From an uncultured candidatus Porisulfidus sp. (lineage in GTDB: Bacteria > Pseudomonadota > Gammaproteobacteria > Poriferisulfidales > Poriferisulfidaceae), in the NCBI GenBank assembly GCA_965116025.1, contig OZ220480.1, forward strand, positions 1,824,001 to 1,888,000: 64,000 bases of DNA. The letters are read 5' to 3'. Below, piece after piece: positions 51,467 through 61,009 of this stretch; the stretch's first letter is position 1, and every line of letters starts with the position of its first letter. The position numbers and the translations under genes were made by a program. Under the pieces are notes generated by a model. It saw only the letters and a program-made list of their open reading frames with translations. It had not been told where the DNA came from and ran no database searches.

Positions 51467-51513
51467 GAAGTTACAATACCGGCCATTCACGAACGATTCC
51501 CTAGAGGGCCGTC

Positions 51514-52734
51514 ATGCGGATTCTGGCCTTGGTCGCCGAGTACGTCTGGAACACTCTTCATCATTTCCGGCAAACCGAGGCTTTCAGCAGCATCGTGCTG
51601 GTGCTCTCCGCCGCCGCGGCCATCGCCCTGACCAATTCTGGGGCCTACGAATGGTACGACAGCTTCGTCAACACGCCCCTCTCCTTGGTGCTCGGCCCTA
51701 TCGCCCTGCACAAAACCTTGTTGCTATGGGTCAACGACCTGCTGATGGCGATATTCTTTTTCGTCATCGGATTGGAGCTCAAGCGAGAATTCGTGGAAGG
51801 GCACCTGTCCACGCCCAGCCGCGTGGTCCTTCCGGCATTCGCGGCCGTTGGCGGCATGCTCGTTCCCGCCTTGCTATTCGCGGCCATCAACCACTCCGAC
51901 GAAGCGGCCATGCGTGGCTGGGCCATTCCCACGGCGACCGACATCGCCTTCTCGCTTGGTGTCCTCATGCTATTGGGCACGCGCGTTCCATATGGGCTCA
52001 AAGTATTCCTGCTGGCTATCGCGATCCTGGACGACCTCGGGGCCGTGCTGATCATCGCCCTGTATTACACCGAAGACCTATCGATGGATGCCTTGCGCTA
52101 CGCGGCATTGTGCCTGGCGACGCTGATCGCGCTCAACCGCTTCCGGGTCAGCGCGGCCGCCCCCTATCTGCTGGTGGGAATGGTTCTGTGGTATTTTGTC
52201 CTGAAATCCGGAATCCACGCGACCATGGCCGGCGTCCTTCTCGCCTTCACGATTCCGACCCGCGTCCCGCGCGGTCATGAGCATTCGACGCTAACCCGGC
52301 TAGAAGACCGCTTCCACGGATGGGTCGCCTTCGCCATTCTGCCCACCTTCGCGTTCTGCAACGCCGGGGTCTACCTGCTGAATACGACTTTCTCCGATCT
52401 GGGGCACCCGCTCACGCTCGGCATCATGCTGGGGCTGTTCATCGGGAAGCCCGTGGGCATCTGCCTGTTCGCCGCGCTCGCGGTTATGCTCAAGCTTGGC
52501 TCCATGCCGAAAGACGTGAGTTGGCCTTCTTTTCTCGGAATGTCCTATCTGTGCGGAATTGGCTTCACCATGAGCCTGTTCGTCGCCATGCTGGCGCACG
52601 GAAACACGCCCGACTTGATCATGGAAGGCAAGATCGGCGTCGTGCTGGGATCCTTGCTGTCGGCCCTGCTCGGATTCTTCATCCTGAGAGTGACTCTCAG
52701 CGAACCCAAGCGCGAGCCCGTCAGCTCCCCATAG
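51514..52734 (+). CDS. nhaA: Na+/H+ antiporter NhaA
   Basis: WVNDLLMAIFFF, GWAIPTATDIAF, AILDDLG, GKPVGI, CGIGFTMSLF. Confidence 0.97.
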   Translation: MRILALVAEYVWNTLHHFRQTEAFSSIVLVLSAAAAIALTNSGAYEWYDSFVNTPLSLVLGPIALHKTLLLWVNDLLMAIFFFVIGLELKREFVEGHLSTPSRVVLPAFAAVGGMLVPALLFAAINHSDEAAMRGWAIPTATDIAFSLGVLMLLGTRVPYGLKVFLLAIAILDDLGAVLIIALYYTEDLSMDALRYAALCLATLIALNRFRVSAAAPYLLVGMVLWYFVLKSGIHATMAGVLLAFTIPTRVPRGHEHSTLTRLEDRFHGWVAFAILPTFAFCNAGVYLLNTTFSDLGHPLTLGIMLGLFIGKPVGICLFAALAVMLKLGSMPKDVSWPSFLGMSYLCGIGFTMSLFVAMLAHGNTPDLIMEGKIGVVLGSLLSALLGFFILRVTLSEPKREPVSSP

Positions 52735-52739
52735 GGCTC

Positions 52740-53765
52740 GTGACCACGCCTCTCAAGACTCTGCTGGCCACCACGTGCCTGGTCATCTTGGCCGCGGCCC
52801 TGCAGCAGGCGCGCGAGATCGTCGTCCCTTTCCTGCTCGCGATTTTCATCGCCATCGCATGCGAGCCTCCCATGAGGTGGTTGCGGGAGCGCGGCTTCCC
52901 GAACGCTCTGGCCTTGGCGGGCGTCGTCGCGGGCCTGATTTTGGCCGGAGCCGGGGTCGCCGCCTTGGTCGGGGCCTCCGTCACCGGTTTCCATCAAACC
53001 ATGCCAGCCTACTACGAGCAACTCCGCGACCAGGTGGAGCATGGCGGGACGTGGCTCGCTGAGCGAGGCTGGATCGACCTTGATGCCGAACTGGCCTCGT
53101 ATCTGGATCCAGCGTTTTTCCTTGATCTCGTGACGGAGCTCCTCAGTGGATTTGGGGCGCTCCTGACCAACGCGCTATTGATCCTTCTAACCGTCATGTT
53201 CCTCCTTCTGGAGGCGCTCGAACTGCCGCGAAAAATTCAGCGCGCCTTCGGGAGCCCGGATTCCGCTTTCGAATTGAGTCGATTCAGCGATAGCGTTAAT
53301 CGCTATCTCGCCACAAAAACGCTGACCAGCTTGCTGACCGGAGCGCTGGTGGCTGGGTGGCTCGCGGCGCTCGGTCTCGACCATGCCATTCTGTGGGGCC
53401 TCGTCGCCTTTCTACTGAACTATATCCCTAATGTCGGCTCCGTCTTGGCCGCGATTCCCGCGGTTTTGCTGGCGTGGCTGCAACTTGGGCCGGTCATGAC
53501 GATTCCCGTGATCCTTGGCTACGCGGTCATCAATACAGCCATCGGCCAAATTCTGGAAGCGCGCCTGATGGGGCGACATCTCGGTCTGTCGGCGCTGGTG
53601 GTGTTTTTATCCCTGGTGTTCTGGGGGTGGTTGCTCGGGCCCGTCGGCATGTTGCTGTCGATCCCGCTGACCGTCATCATCAAGCTCGGGCTCGAAGCCA
53701 GCCCGAGAACTCTGGGCGCGGCGGTCCTGCTGGGCCCAGCGAAGGAGCCAGACGGCCCCTCTTGA
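52740..53765 (+). CDS. AI-2E (TqsA/PerM) family transporter
   Basis: PFLLAIFIA, LNYIPNVGS, FWGWLLGPVGMLLSIPLT; GTG start 5 nt after the nhaA stop. Confidence 0.9.
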   Translation: MTTPLKTLLATTCLVILAAALQQAREIVVPFLLAIFIAIACEPPMRWLRERGFPNALALAGVVAGLILAGAGVAALVGASVTGFHQTMPAYYEQLRDQVEHGGTWLAERGWIDLDAELASYLDPAFFLDLVTELLSGFGALLTNALLILLTVMFLLLEALELPRKIQRAFGSPDSAFELSRFSDSVNRYLATKTLTSLLTGALVAGWLAALGLDHAILWGLVAFLLNYIPNVGSVLAAIPAVLLAWLQLGPVMTIPVILGYAVINTAIGQILEARLMGRHLGLSALVVFLSLVFWGWLLGPVGMLLSIPLTVIIKLGLEASPRTLGAAVLLGPAKEPDGPS

Positions 53766-53801
53766 ATCCGCTTCTCAACCCTCCCCCCAGTTGAACCCCC
53801 T

Positions 53802-56540
53802 CTAAAAGCTCGCCACGGCCTTCAAGTAGTAAAACCCTCCGTTGGAATCGAACGGAACCGAATCCGGGTATTCATTGCCCAAAATGCTGGAGTACTTGCT
53901 TTTCCTCGCTTCTTCATCCAGCAAGTTCTCGGCACCAGCCACCAACTCGATATTGTCGTTCAGGCTATAACCAACCTCAAGATCCATCAGAAAACGAGGG
54001 CTCTGCTCCTGGAAGAGCGATTCCTCGAAAGATTGATAATCGATGTGGTCCCCATAGTATCGAACTCGGCCCAAGACACGCCAAGGGCCTTTCTGGCGAT
54101 CAGCGGTCACTGACCAGCGAACCCTCGGACGGCCTTCCTCAATCTGATGCTTGGTCAAATTGTTGATGGTGTCGGGATTGGCATTCTTGACCTTGGTATG
54201 GGTGTAGTTCCCCGCGAAGGTGAACTGGGTCGCCCCTCCGAGAATCTCCATCGGATAGGTCGCCACGATGTCGACGCCTTCCGTCGTCGTGTCGAAATCA
54301 TTGGCGAAGTAACGCACCTGGGCTACGGAATCGATAGCCGGAACCGCCGGGCGCAATTCGTTCCTCATCTCGGTGATACGGTCGCTGATAGTGGAATCCA
54401 GATTATCGAGATTGTAGTCGTAGGTCACTTGGCCATCAGCGGAATTCTTTCCGCACGTGCCAGTCTTCCCATCTTTTCTCAACAACAGGCAATCCAGAAA
54501 CTCCGTGGAGGTCAACGCAATCCTGTCATCAACCTCAATGTGGTAGTAGTCGACGGTCACGTCCAAGGCCCCGACATTGAACACCACGCCAAACCCGGCG
54601 TTCACGGATTCCTCCGCTTCCAAAGGCTCGGCGATACCCGCCAAAAGCGGATCCGTCGGTGGAACCGTCAGTTCGTCAGTCAGCTTTCCATCCACCAAGG
54701 TCGTGGTCACATTAAGGATATTCGCCTGCCCTACCGTGGGAACCCGAAAGCCCGTGCCAACCGAGCCGCGAACGGCGAAGGCGTCGGTCGCCTGATAGCG
54801 AGCGGTAAACTTCGCATCAAGGGTCGAGTCGAAGTCCTCTGGATCTTCGTGGCGCGCCGCGTATCCCAAAAGCAGTCTCTCCGACACATCGGCCTCAAAA
54901 TCTACGTAGGCCGCGACGCTCGACCGATCGTGCTTGGCGGACCTGCAGGGATCTGGCCGGAAGCCCGGGAAACCGTTGGAGCCAATCCCCAGCTTCGGAT
55001 ACTTGGCGATGATCGACCCATCACCGATCTTGCCCACGAACTCCTTGTACGCATCGCAACCGATCTCCGCCAAATTCGGCTCGTCATATTCCGACTTGTC
55101 CGAGTTGATGTAGTCGATGAACCAAGAGTTTTCCTCACCCGGCTTGATCTCGTACTCCTCTTCCCGATATTCCATGCCAAAACCCACGCTCAGCGGCGAA
55201 TGAAACGCCGCGACATCGATCTGCGTGGTGAAGTCCAGATTGAACGTCCAGTCATCCTCGACAAACCCTCCGGGCTTGTACTCGGTAGGGATATCCAGTT
55301 GCATCGCGGCCAACTGCGGGTTGATCGTGTTCTTCATGAAGAAGTCCACCTCATGGCGGCCGGTCACGTAACTGATGTCGTACGTGAAGTCCTCGAAAAT
55401 CTCGCCCCGCAAGCCGAACGCGAAGCTCTCATCCTCGACTTCTCCTCCAAATTGCGGGGTGAAACCACCGGGAAAACGCTGATTGAAGGCGAAGCAGTTC
55501 GGGTCATCGCGCACCGCCATGAGCTCAGTCTGATTAATCACCCCATCTTGAATGGAAATCTCCGGGCACGTCCCGTCTGGATCACTCAGATGGGTCACCA
55601 TGACCTTCTTCCCCGAAGCGTCGGGATGCTCGAAAATCCCCCCGCGCTTATGCGGATGGCGATAGTAAAACCCGCCCTCGACGGTCCGCTCGGCATAGCC
55701 GCCAAACGCGTAGGCCTCATGCGCGTCGCTGAGCGAGAAGCCGGCGTTCGCGAAAAGCTTGTAGTTGTCGTCGATGTCCGGCGCGCCCCAAACCTGGGTG
55801 ACCGGCATGCGCACATGCGAGTTTCCCGCGTCGAACAGCGCTTGCGCGTCACCTCTCTGCACGCTCCGGCTGGTCGGGTTAGCGGTGTTGTATTCGCCAC
55901 TAATATTGAGAAAGCCGTCTTCCGTCAGCGGCAATCCCAGATTTCCAGACACGGTGACGTTCTCTCCGTCACCTTGGTAATACTGACCCCAACGGGCTTC
56001 CAAGCGCCCGCCTTCGGCATCTTCCTTCAGCGCGAAGTTCAAAATTCCCGCCACCGCGTCGGAACCGTACTGGGCCGCCGCGCCGTCGCGCAGAACCTCT
56101 ACCCGGTCAAGAGCGATCGCGGGGATTGAGGAGAGGTCCACGGCATGAGAGCCTTGCGACCCTCCCGCCGGGAGGAAAGTGACAATGGAAGAGCGATGGC
56201 GGCGCTTTCCGTTCAACAATACTAGGGTCGAATCCGGGGAAAGGCCACGCATCTGCACTGGGCGCACCAGCGTCGCCGCATCGCTGATCGCTTCCTGGCT
56301 GACGTTCAGGGACGGCACGACTCGAGACAGCATGGAATCCATTCGGGAGTCGCCCTGCCGGGTCAGCTCGCTGGAATCCAGAACGTCCACTGGAACGGCC
56401 AGATCAGAGGCTGACCGCTCGTGTCCACGCGAACCAATCACGGAAATCTCCTCGACCTCCTCCTCGGCGTGCACCAGCGCGCCTACGGGAGCCAAGGCCA
56501 AAAAGCCGCAAAAAGCTAGGAGAAATTTTTTGGCTTTCAT
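53802..56540 (-). CDS. TonB-dependent receptor
   Basis: Signal peptide MKAKKFLL, TonB box EEISVIGSR, plug LVLLNGKRRH / EVLRDGAAAQYGSDAVAG, GAENLLD, C-terminal F. Confidence 0.95.
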   Translation of the reverse strand: MKAKKFLLAFCGFLALAPVGALVHAEEEVEEISVIGSRGHERSASDLAVPVDVLDSSELTRQGDSRMDSMLSRVVPSLNVSQEAISDAATLVRPVQMRGLSPDSTLVLLNGKRRHRSSIVTFLPAGGSQGSHAVDLSSIPAIALDRVEVLRDGAAAQYGSDAVAGILNFALKEDAEGGRLEARWGQYYQGDGENVTVSGNLGLPLTEDGFLNISGEYNTANPTSRSVQRGDAQALFDAGNSHVRMPVTQVWGAPDIDDNYKLFANAGFSLSDAHEAYAFGGYAERTVEGGFYYRHPHKRGGIFEHPDASGKKVMVTHLSDPDGTCPEISIQDGVINQTELMAVRDDPNCFAFNQRFPGGFTPQFGGEVEDESFAFGLRGEIFEDFTYDISYVTGRHEVDFFMKNTINPQLAAMQLDIPTEYKPGGFVEDDWTFNLDFTTQIDVAAFHSPLSVGFGMEYREEEYEIKPGEENSWFIDYINSDKSEYDEPNLAEIGCDAYKEFVGKIGDGSIIAKYPKLGIGSNGFPGFRPDPCRSAKHDRSSVAAYVDFEADVSERLLLGYAARHEDPEDFDSTLDAKFTARYQATDAFAVRGSVGTGFRVPTVGQANILNVTTTLVDGKLTDELTVPPTDPLLAGIAEPLEAEESVNAGFGVVFNVGALDVTVDYYHIEVDDRIALTSTEFLDCLLLRKDGKTGTCGKNSADGQVTYDYNLDNLDSTISDRITEMRNELRPAVPAIDSVAQVRYFANDFDTTTEGVDIVATYPMEILGGATQFTFAGNYTHTKVKNANPDTINNLTKHQIEEGRPRVRWSVTADRQKGPWRVLGRVRYYGDHIDYQSFEESLFQEQSPRFLMDLEVGYSLNDNIELVAGAENLLDEEARKSKYSSILGNEYPDSVPFDSNGGFYYLKAVASF

Positions 56541-56709
56541 ATCAATCCCTCGCGAAGAATGCTTTCGGATGATAGCACATAGGTGCTGTTCCCTACTACC
56601 CATTCGCACATCAGATCGTCCAGCGATCATCGGAGCCATTCGCATTCTCGCCACCTTCGCCGCGCGCGCGGACTTCGGGCCTTCCCGAGAGAAACGCGCT
56701 GAAGAATCT

Positions 56710-58068
56710 TCACGAACGGCACCTCTCCAACGTCTCTCGCATGGCCGCGGCCTTGTCCAGGCATTCCTGATATTCCGCTTCCTCCTCCGATCCATGCGTC
56801 AATCCTCCTCCGGCGTACAAGCTGGTTTCTCCGGCCGCTTGCGCCATCGTGCGAATCGCTATGTTGCTATCCATATTCCCATCAAAGCCAATATAGACGA
56901 GACTGCCGCAATACGCGCCTCTCGGTCTCGGCTCCAGTTCCTCAATGATCTCCATCGCGCGCCGTTTCGGGGCCCCAGTGATCGATCCGCCTGGAAAGCA
57001 CCCGTCCAGGAGATCCAGCGTGGTCCGCCCTTCCCTCAAGGTTCCCGTTACCGTGCTGACCATGTGATGCACCGTGGCGAAACTCTCGATCTTGAACAGC
57101 TCTGGCGCCCGAACCGTTCCCGGAGCGCAGTTTTTGCTTAAGTCGTTGCGCAGCAGATCCACGATCATGAGGTTCTCGGCCCGATCTTTCTCGCTCTCTC
57201 GCAGCCGGGCTCGCTGCCGGCGCTCTTGCCCAATGACGCGTCGCGCCGTCCCCTTGACGGGACGAGTCGATACCTGTCCATCCACGACTTTCAGAAACCG
57301 CTCCGGGGACGCGCTCGCGATCTCGACCTGTGGGTGGTGGAAATACGCGGAGAAAGGAGCGGGATTAATCGTCCGGCCGTGTTGGTACGCCGTCCACAAC
57401 CGTCCCTCGCTGGGAGTGGAAAATCGTTGCGTCAGGTTGACTTGGTAACAATCGCCCGCCGCGATGTAGCTTTGGATCACCCGAAACGCTTTCGCGTACT
57501 CTTGTCGCGTGATGTCCGGATGCAGCGGCGCCAAGACTCGGTACGGACGTTCCCGAGCGGAAGACTCGCCTAGCAACCGATCATGCAGGCTCTCCCAGAC
57601 AAGCCGGGTCGCGGAAATTCGATCATGGGTCGCCAAATAGCAACGCTGTTCCAGATGGTCGTAGACGACCGACCAGTCGTACAGTCCGAAGGCCAACTCC
57701 GGGTATTCCGGCATGCTGTCCCGGCGGGACGCCAGCCCAACGCGCTCTCGGCCAAACTCATAGGACAAGTAGCCGATCGCGCCCCCACCGAAGGGAATTC
57801 GATCATCTCCCCGTGCTGGAGTCCCCAGCAGGTCGACGAGCAGGCGGAAAGGATCACCACGAAACGCCCGTCTCTCGCTCCTCCGCGTCAAGACCGTTCG
57901 GTGATCAGCATATTCAAGAGTCGCGTACGGGTCGGCCGTGAAAATATCGAAACGGCCCTGTCCAGTCTGGTCATGGCAACTGTCGAGCAAAATAGCCCAA
58001 GGCTGGTCCACGAACTCGCTGAAGCGGCATGTCGGATCCGCTTGCCACGGTAATTCAATGACGCGCAT
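56710..58068 (-). CDS. pabB: Aminodeoxychorismate synthase component I
   Basis: GAIGYLSYE, GDCYQVNL, SPERFL, PVKGT, AENLMIVDLLRNDL, PGGSITGAPK. Confidence 0.93.
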   Translation of the reverse strand: MRVIELPWQADPTCRFSEFVDQPWAILLDSCHDQTGQGRFDIFTADPYATLEYADHRTVLTRRSERRAFRGDPFRLLVDLLGTPARGDDRIPFGGGAIGYLSYEFGRERVGLASRRDSMPEYPELAFGLYDWSVVYDHLEQRCYLATHDRISATRLVWESLHDRLLGESSARERPYRVLAPLHPDITRQEYAKAFRVIQSYIAAGDCYQVNLTQRFSTPSEGRLWTAYQHGRTINPAPFSAYFHHPQVEIASASPERFLKVVDGQVSTRPVKGTARRVIGQERRQRARLRESEKDRAENLMIVDLLRNDLSKNCAPGTVRAPELFKIESFATVHHMVSTVTGTLREGRTTLDLLDGCFPGGSITGAPKRRAMEIIEELEPRPRGAYCGSLVYIGFDGNMDSNIAIRTMAQAAGETSLYAGGGLTHGSEEEAEYQECLDKAAAMRETLERCRS

Positions 58069-59095
58069 GCTCAAGCCGGTGCAGTTCGGCGACGGAATAA
58101 GCTGGCAAACAATCCGCCAGACTGAGCGCGCCACGCGCGGCGACGCGCGGTCGAAGCAGGGAATCGATGCCCCGGTACGCCAAACCGCAACGGGCGGCGA
58201 GCGACGGCAGCAAAAATTTCCCGGTGCCCGCGCCGATCAACACCCCTGAAAAGGCATCGCCCACGCGCGCGCGCAGGCATTCCAGAACGCGGTCCCGCTG
58301 CGCGTCGGCGAAGACTCGCGCTAAACGGATCCACTCGCTTACATCCGCTCCCTCCTCGCAATCCCGTCCGACCATTCGCGCTACTCTTCTCGCCGACTCG
58401 AATTCGGAACATCCGGTACCGTCCGCCGTCTCGAACGGACGCAGGCTGTCCGGAAGCTCTCCCAGCAAGTTGTAGACATCCGCGGTCGTCGCGAAGCGTT
58501 CCGCCATCAGGTTGACGAGCGTCCCATCGACTTCAACCCGGGTCGCCAGACTCATCAGCGGCGTCCGCGCCGCGCCAGTGTATAAAAGCTCTTGACTAGC
58601 CAAACGCTCCGCATCGCTGAACCCGACCGCCATCGCCCGATGGTTCCGAATCTCGACCAGATCCGTCGTGGTGCTGCCAATATCCACGAACACGCCCCAC
58701 TTGATGAGACGCGCTACCAATCGCGCCGAAGCGTACCAGTTCATAGAGCCAACCAGTCCAGTCGCCCGCTCCACGTCCTCGACGAACGTTGAATCCGAAG
58801 AAAAATAGAATAAAGAATCTCCAGATAAAACTCGTGCGAGACTCCGGGCGATCCGTCGCGCCCCCTCGGCGCGCGTTGGAAAGATGTCAACCAGTTCCCC
58901 CGTCATCGTGATGGCATGCCGCAGACCTAGTCTTTTTTTCTCCCCACGAATTTCTCTTATCGCGTTCTCCAAACATTCCAAACCCTTCCACAAAGGGGCC
59001 TTCCGATGCCACGTCCCCAAAACGCGCCCAGCCTCGTCCACCCGCACTGCCTTTACATGCGCGCCTCCGATATCCCATCCGATCACGTCGCTCAC
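58055..59095 (-). CDS. Hydantoinase/oxoprolinase-family H4MPT-linked C1 protein (MfnF-like, Orf9-type)
   Basis: GWDIGGAHVK, TMTGELVD, NWYASA, DIGSTTTD, RVARMVGRD. Confidence 0.88.
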   Translation of the reverse strand: MSDVIGWDIGGAHVKAVRVDEAGRVLGTWHRKAPLWKGLECLENAIREIRGEKKRLGLRHAITMTGELVDIFPTRAEGARRIARSLARVLSGDSLFYFSSDSTFVEDVERATGLVGSMNWYASARLVARLIKWGVFVDIGSTTTDLVEIRNHRAMAVGFSDAERLASQELLYTGAARTPLMSLATRVEVDGTLVNLMAERFATTADVYNLLGELPDSLRPFETADGTGCSEFESARRVARMVGRDCEEGADVSEWIRLARVFADAQRDRVLECLRARVGDAFSGVLIGAGTGKFLLPSLAARCGLAYRGIDSLLRPRVAARGALSLADCLPAYSVAELHRLEHARH

Positions 59096-60018
59096 GCCAA
59101 ATCCTCCGTCCAGCCAAATTCCCGAATGGTCCGTTCGGCGAGCGACATGGACCGCCTCGCGTACGCCAAGGTCAAGCGCGGATTAATCTCCAATACGGTC
59201 AACGAGCTCCCCAACCATACCCCATCCACGCCGACGTATCCTCGCAAGCCCGGCACCGCGGCCATGATCTGGAGAGACATGGCGCGTGCCGCCTCCCGGA
59301 ATCGAGAATCCCCGTCAAGTCCGCCAACTTCCATTCTATGCGCATGCAATTTTCCCTCTCGATTCTCGCAATGAATTCTATTGCAGGACAAGACGTCCAC
59401 GCCCTCTTTGCCGACCCACAGGCTCAGGCTGACCGCCTCGCCCTCGACCCAAGGTTGCCACACCCATGATCTTTCCGAATCCAGCGTGGGCGCGAGAGAC
59501 TCCGCGCCCAACGCGAAGGTATCCTCGCAACCGGCACCGTGGCGTGGCTTGATCACTCCACTCATCGGCAGCGTCTCCGAAGGGTCCCACGCGCGCGTCT
59601 CCACCGCCTCGATACCGGCCGCCCGGAGATGTCGATTGAGTGCCCATTTGTCCGACGCCAAGCGAATCGCCTCCAACGAGCCATTCAGGCTGAGCCGACC
59701 TTCCCTCGAGACTTCCTCGCGCAAACGCCCAAGCCAGCCCTCGCTTTCCGGGGCGATCACCAAAACCGCGTCGCAATGCCGCGCGAGATCCAGCCAGGCA
59801 TCGCGCCATGGTCCCCGGAGAGTTTGGCATCTCACCTTCTCCGGCAAGTCAAACGAGAATCTCTCCTCAATCAAGGTGTACACTTGCACGGAATCGAGAC
59901 TCGAGAAATCGACGAGCGCGGCCCGCAACATCTCGTGCCCCTGCCGGAGCAATTCGGGAGGCGGCGAATCTCCCTGAAAGCCCCCACCGCATACGTATTC
60001 GAAAATGAATATCCTCAT
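59092..60018 (-). CDS. ATP-grasp ligase (MfnD tyramine-glutamate ligase-like, Orf1-type)
   Basis: MRIFIFEYVCGGG, IAPESEG, ASDK, IKPRHGAG, GYVGVD, EINPRLT. Confidence 0.85.
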   Translation of the reverse strand: MRIFIFEYVCGGGFQGDSPPPELLRQGHEMLRAALVDFSSLDSVQVYTLIEERFSFDLPEKVRCQTLRGPWRDAWLDLARHCDAVLVIAPESEGWLGRLREEVSREGRLSLNGSLEAIRLASDKWALNRHLRAAGIEAVETRAWDPSETLPMSGVIKPRHGAGCEDTFALGAESLAPTLDSERSWVWQPWVEGEAVSLSLWVGKEGVDVLSCNRIHCENREGKLHAHRMEVGGLDGDSRFREAARAMSLQIMAAVPGLRGYVGVDGVWLGSSLTVLEINPRLTLAYARRSMSLAERTIREFGWTEDLA

Positions 60019-60024
60019 CGCCTC

Positions 60025-60792
60025 ATGAATCGCGTCATCCCCGCGCTGGACATTCGGCAGGGACAGGTGGCGCGCGCCAAGGGTGGCGAGCGCGCTCGCT
60101 ACAAGCCAATCCGCTCCGTGCTGACGCGCGGCGCGAACCCCGTCCAAGTGATCGACGACCTGCTCCAGTTCGCTCCTTTCCCTGTTTTCTATCTGGCCGA
60201 CCTCGACTCCATCATGGGCGAAGCGGCTCAGCATGAACTCATTGTAGAACTATGCGTCCGCAACCCTGCTCTGGAATTCTGGGTGGATGCCGGGCCCCCG
60301 CCAGATCCACGCGATGAGCTTCCCGCCAATTTTCGCCCGGTTATTGGAACAGAATTCATCGATAGCTGGGATGACCAAAGCGACCGAGCGATCCTGTCTC
60401 TGGATTTTCACCTGAATGGATTGCGGGGCGGTTCCGGAATTTGGACGCGACCCAAGTCCTGGCCTTCCCGAGTCATCGCCATGTGCCTGCATAAGGTAGG
60501 TTCTATGGAAGGCCCAGATCTCGACCTTCTGGGCCGGATTCGGGATATCCGCCCTGATTGCGATCTTGTGGCCGCCGGCGGTATCCGAGACGCGAACGAC
60601 ATCCACCGTCTTCTGAATGCTGGTGTGGATGTTCTGGTCGCTAGCGCGTTGCATCAGGGAAAGATTTCCGCCGAGGAAATTCCTGAAGTCGAGCGCGCCT
60701 CTCGATCTTCCCTTCCACCTATAAAGGAAAGCCCACGAAAAGGAGGGCTGGCGAGGCGATCACGGGAAAGACGATTCGTAGTTCGAGGCTGA
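60025..60792 (+). CDS. HisA/HisF-related TIM-barrel protein (Orf17-type)
   Basis: VIPALDIRQGQVARAKGGER..YKPI, YLADLDSI, WVDAG, IGTE, LSLDF, VGSMEGPD, AAGGIR, VASALH. Confidence 0.85.
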   Translation: MNRVIPALDIRQGQVARAKGGERARYKPIRSVLTRGANPVQVIDDLLQFAPFPVFYLADLDSIMGEAAQHELIVELCVRNPALEFWVDAGPPPDPRDELPANFRPVIGTEFIDSWDDQSDRAILSLDFHLNGLRGGSGIWTRPKSWPSRVIAMCLHKVGSMEGPDLDLLGRIRDIRPDCDLVAAGGIRDANDIHRLLNAGVDVLVASALHQGKISAEEIPEVERASRSSLPPIKESPRKGGLARRSRERRFVVRG

Positions 60793-60956
60793 TCGGCCGA
60801 GTTCCGACGAACCAAAATCGGCTTGAGTGGCGTGCGCTTTCCAGGCCGACCACCGTTCATTACGCCAACTCGTCTCAATCTTCGAACCAAGGAACTTTTT
60901 ACCAAACTCTCAGTCTTCGAAAACAAGTCGCGCGGTAGAGAGCCTGAGCGGAAATT

Positions 60957-60993
60957 CCAAGAAAGCACGGCCCCAACCCTTAAGGTCGGGGCC
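60957..60993 (-). terminator. Rho-independent terminator after autotransporter 2
   Basis: Minus-strand hairpin GGCCCCGACC-TTAAG-GGTTGGGGCC followed by GTGCTTTCTT, 16 nt past the stop. Confidence 0.7.
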
Positions 60994-61009
60994 TATGACT
61001 AGAAGCCGC

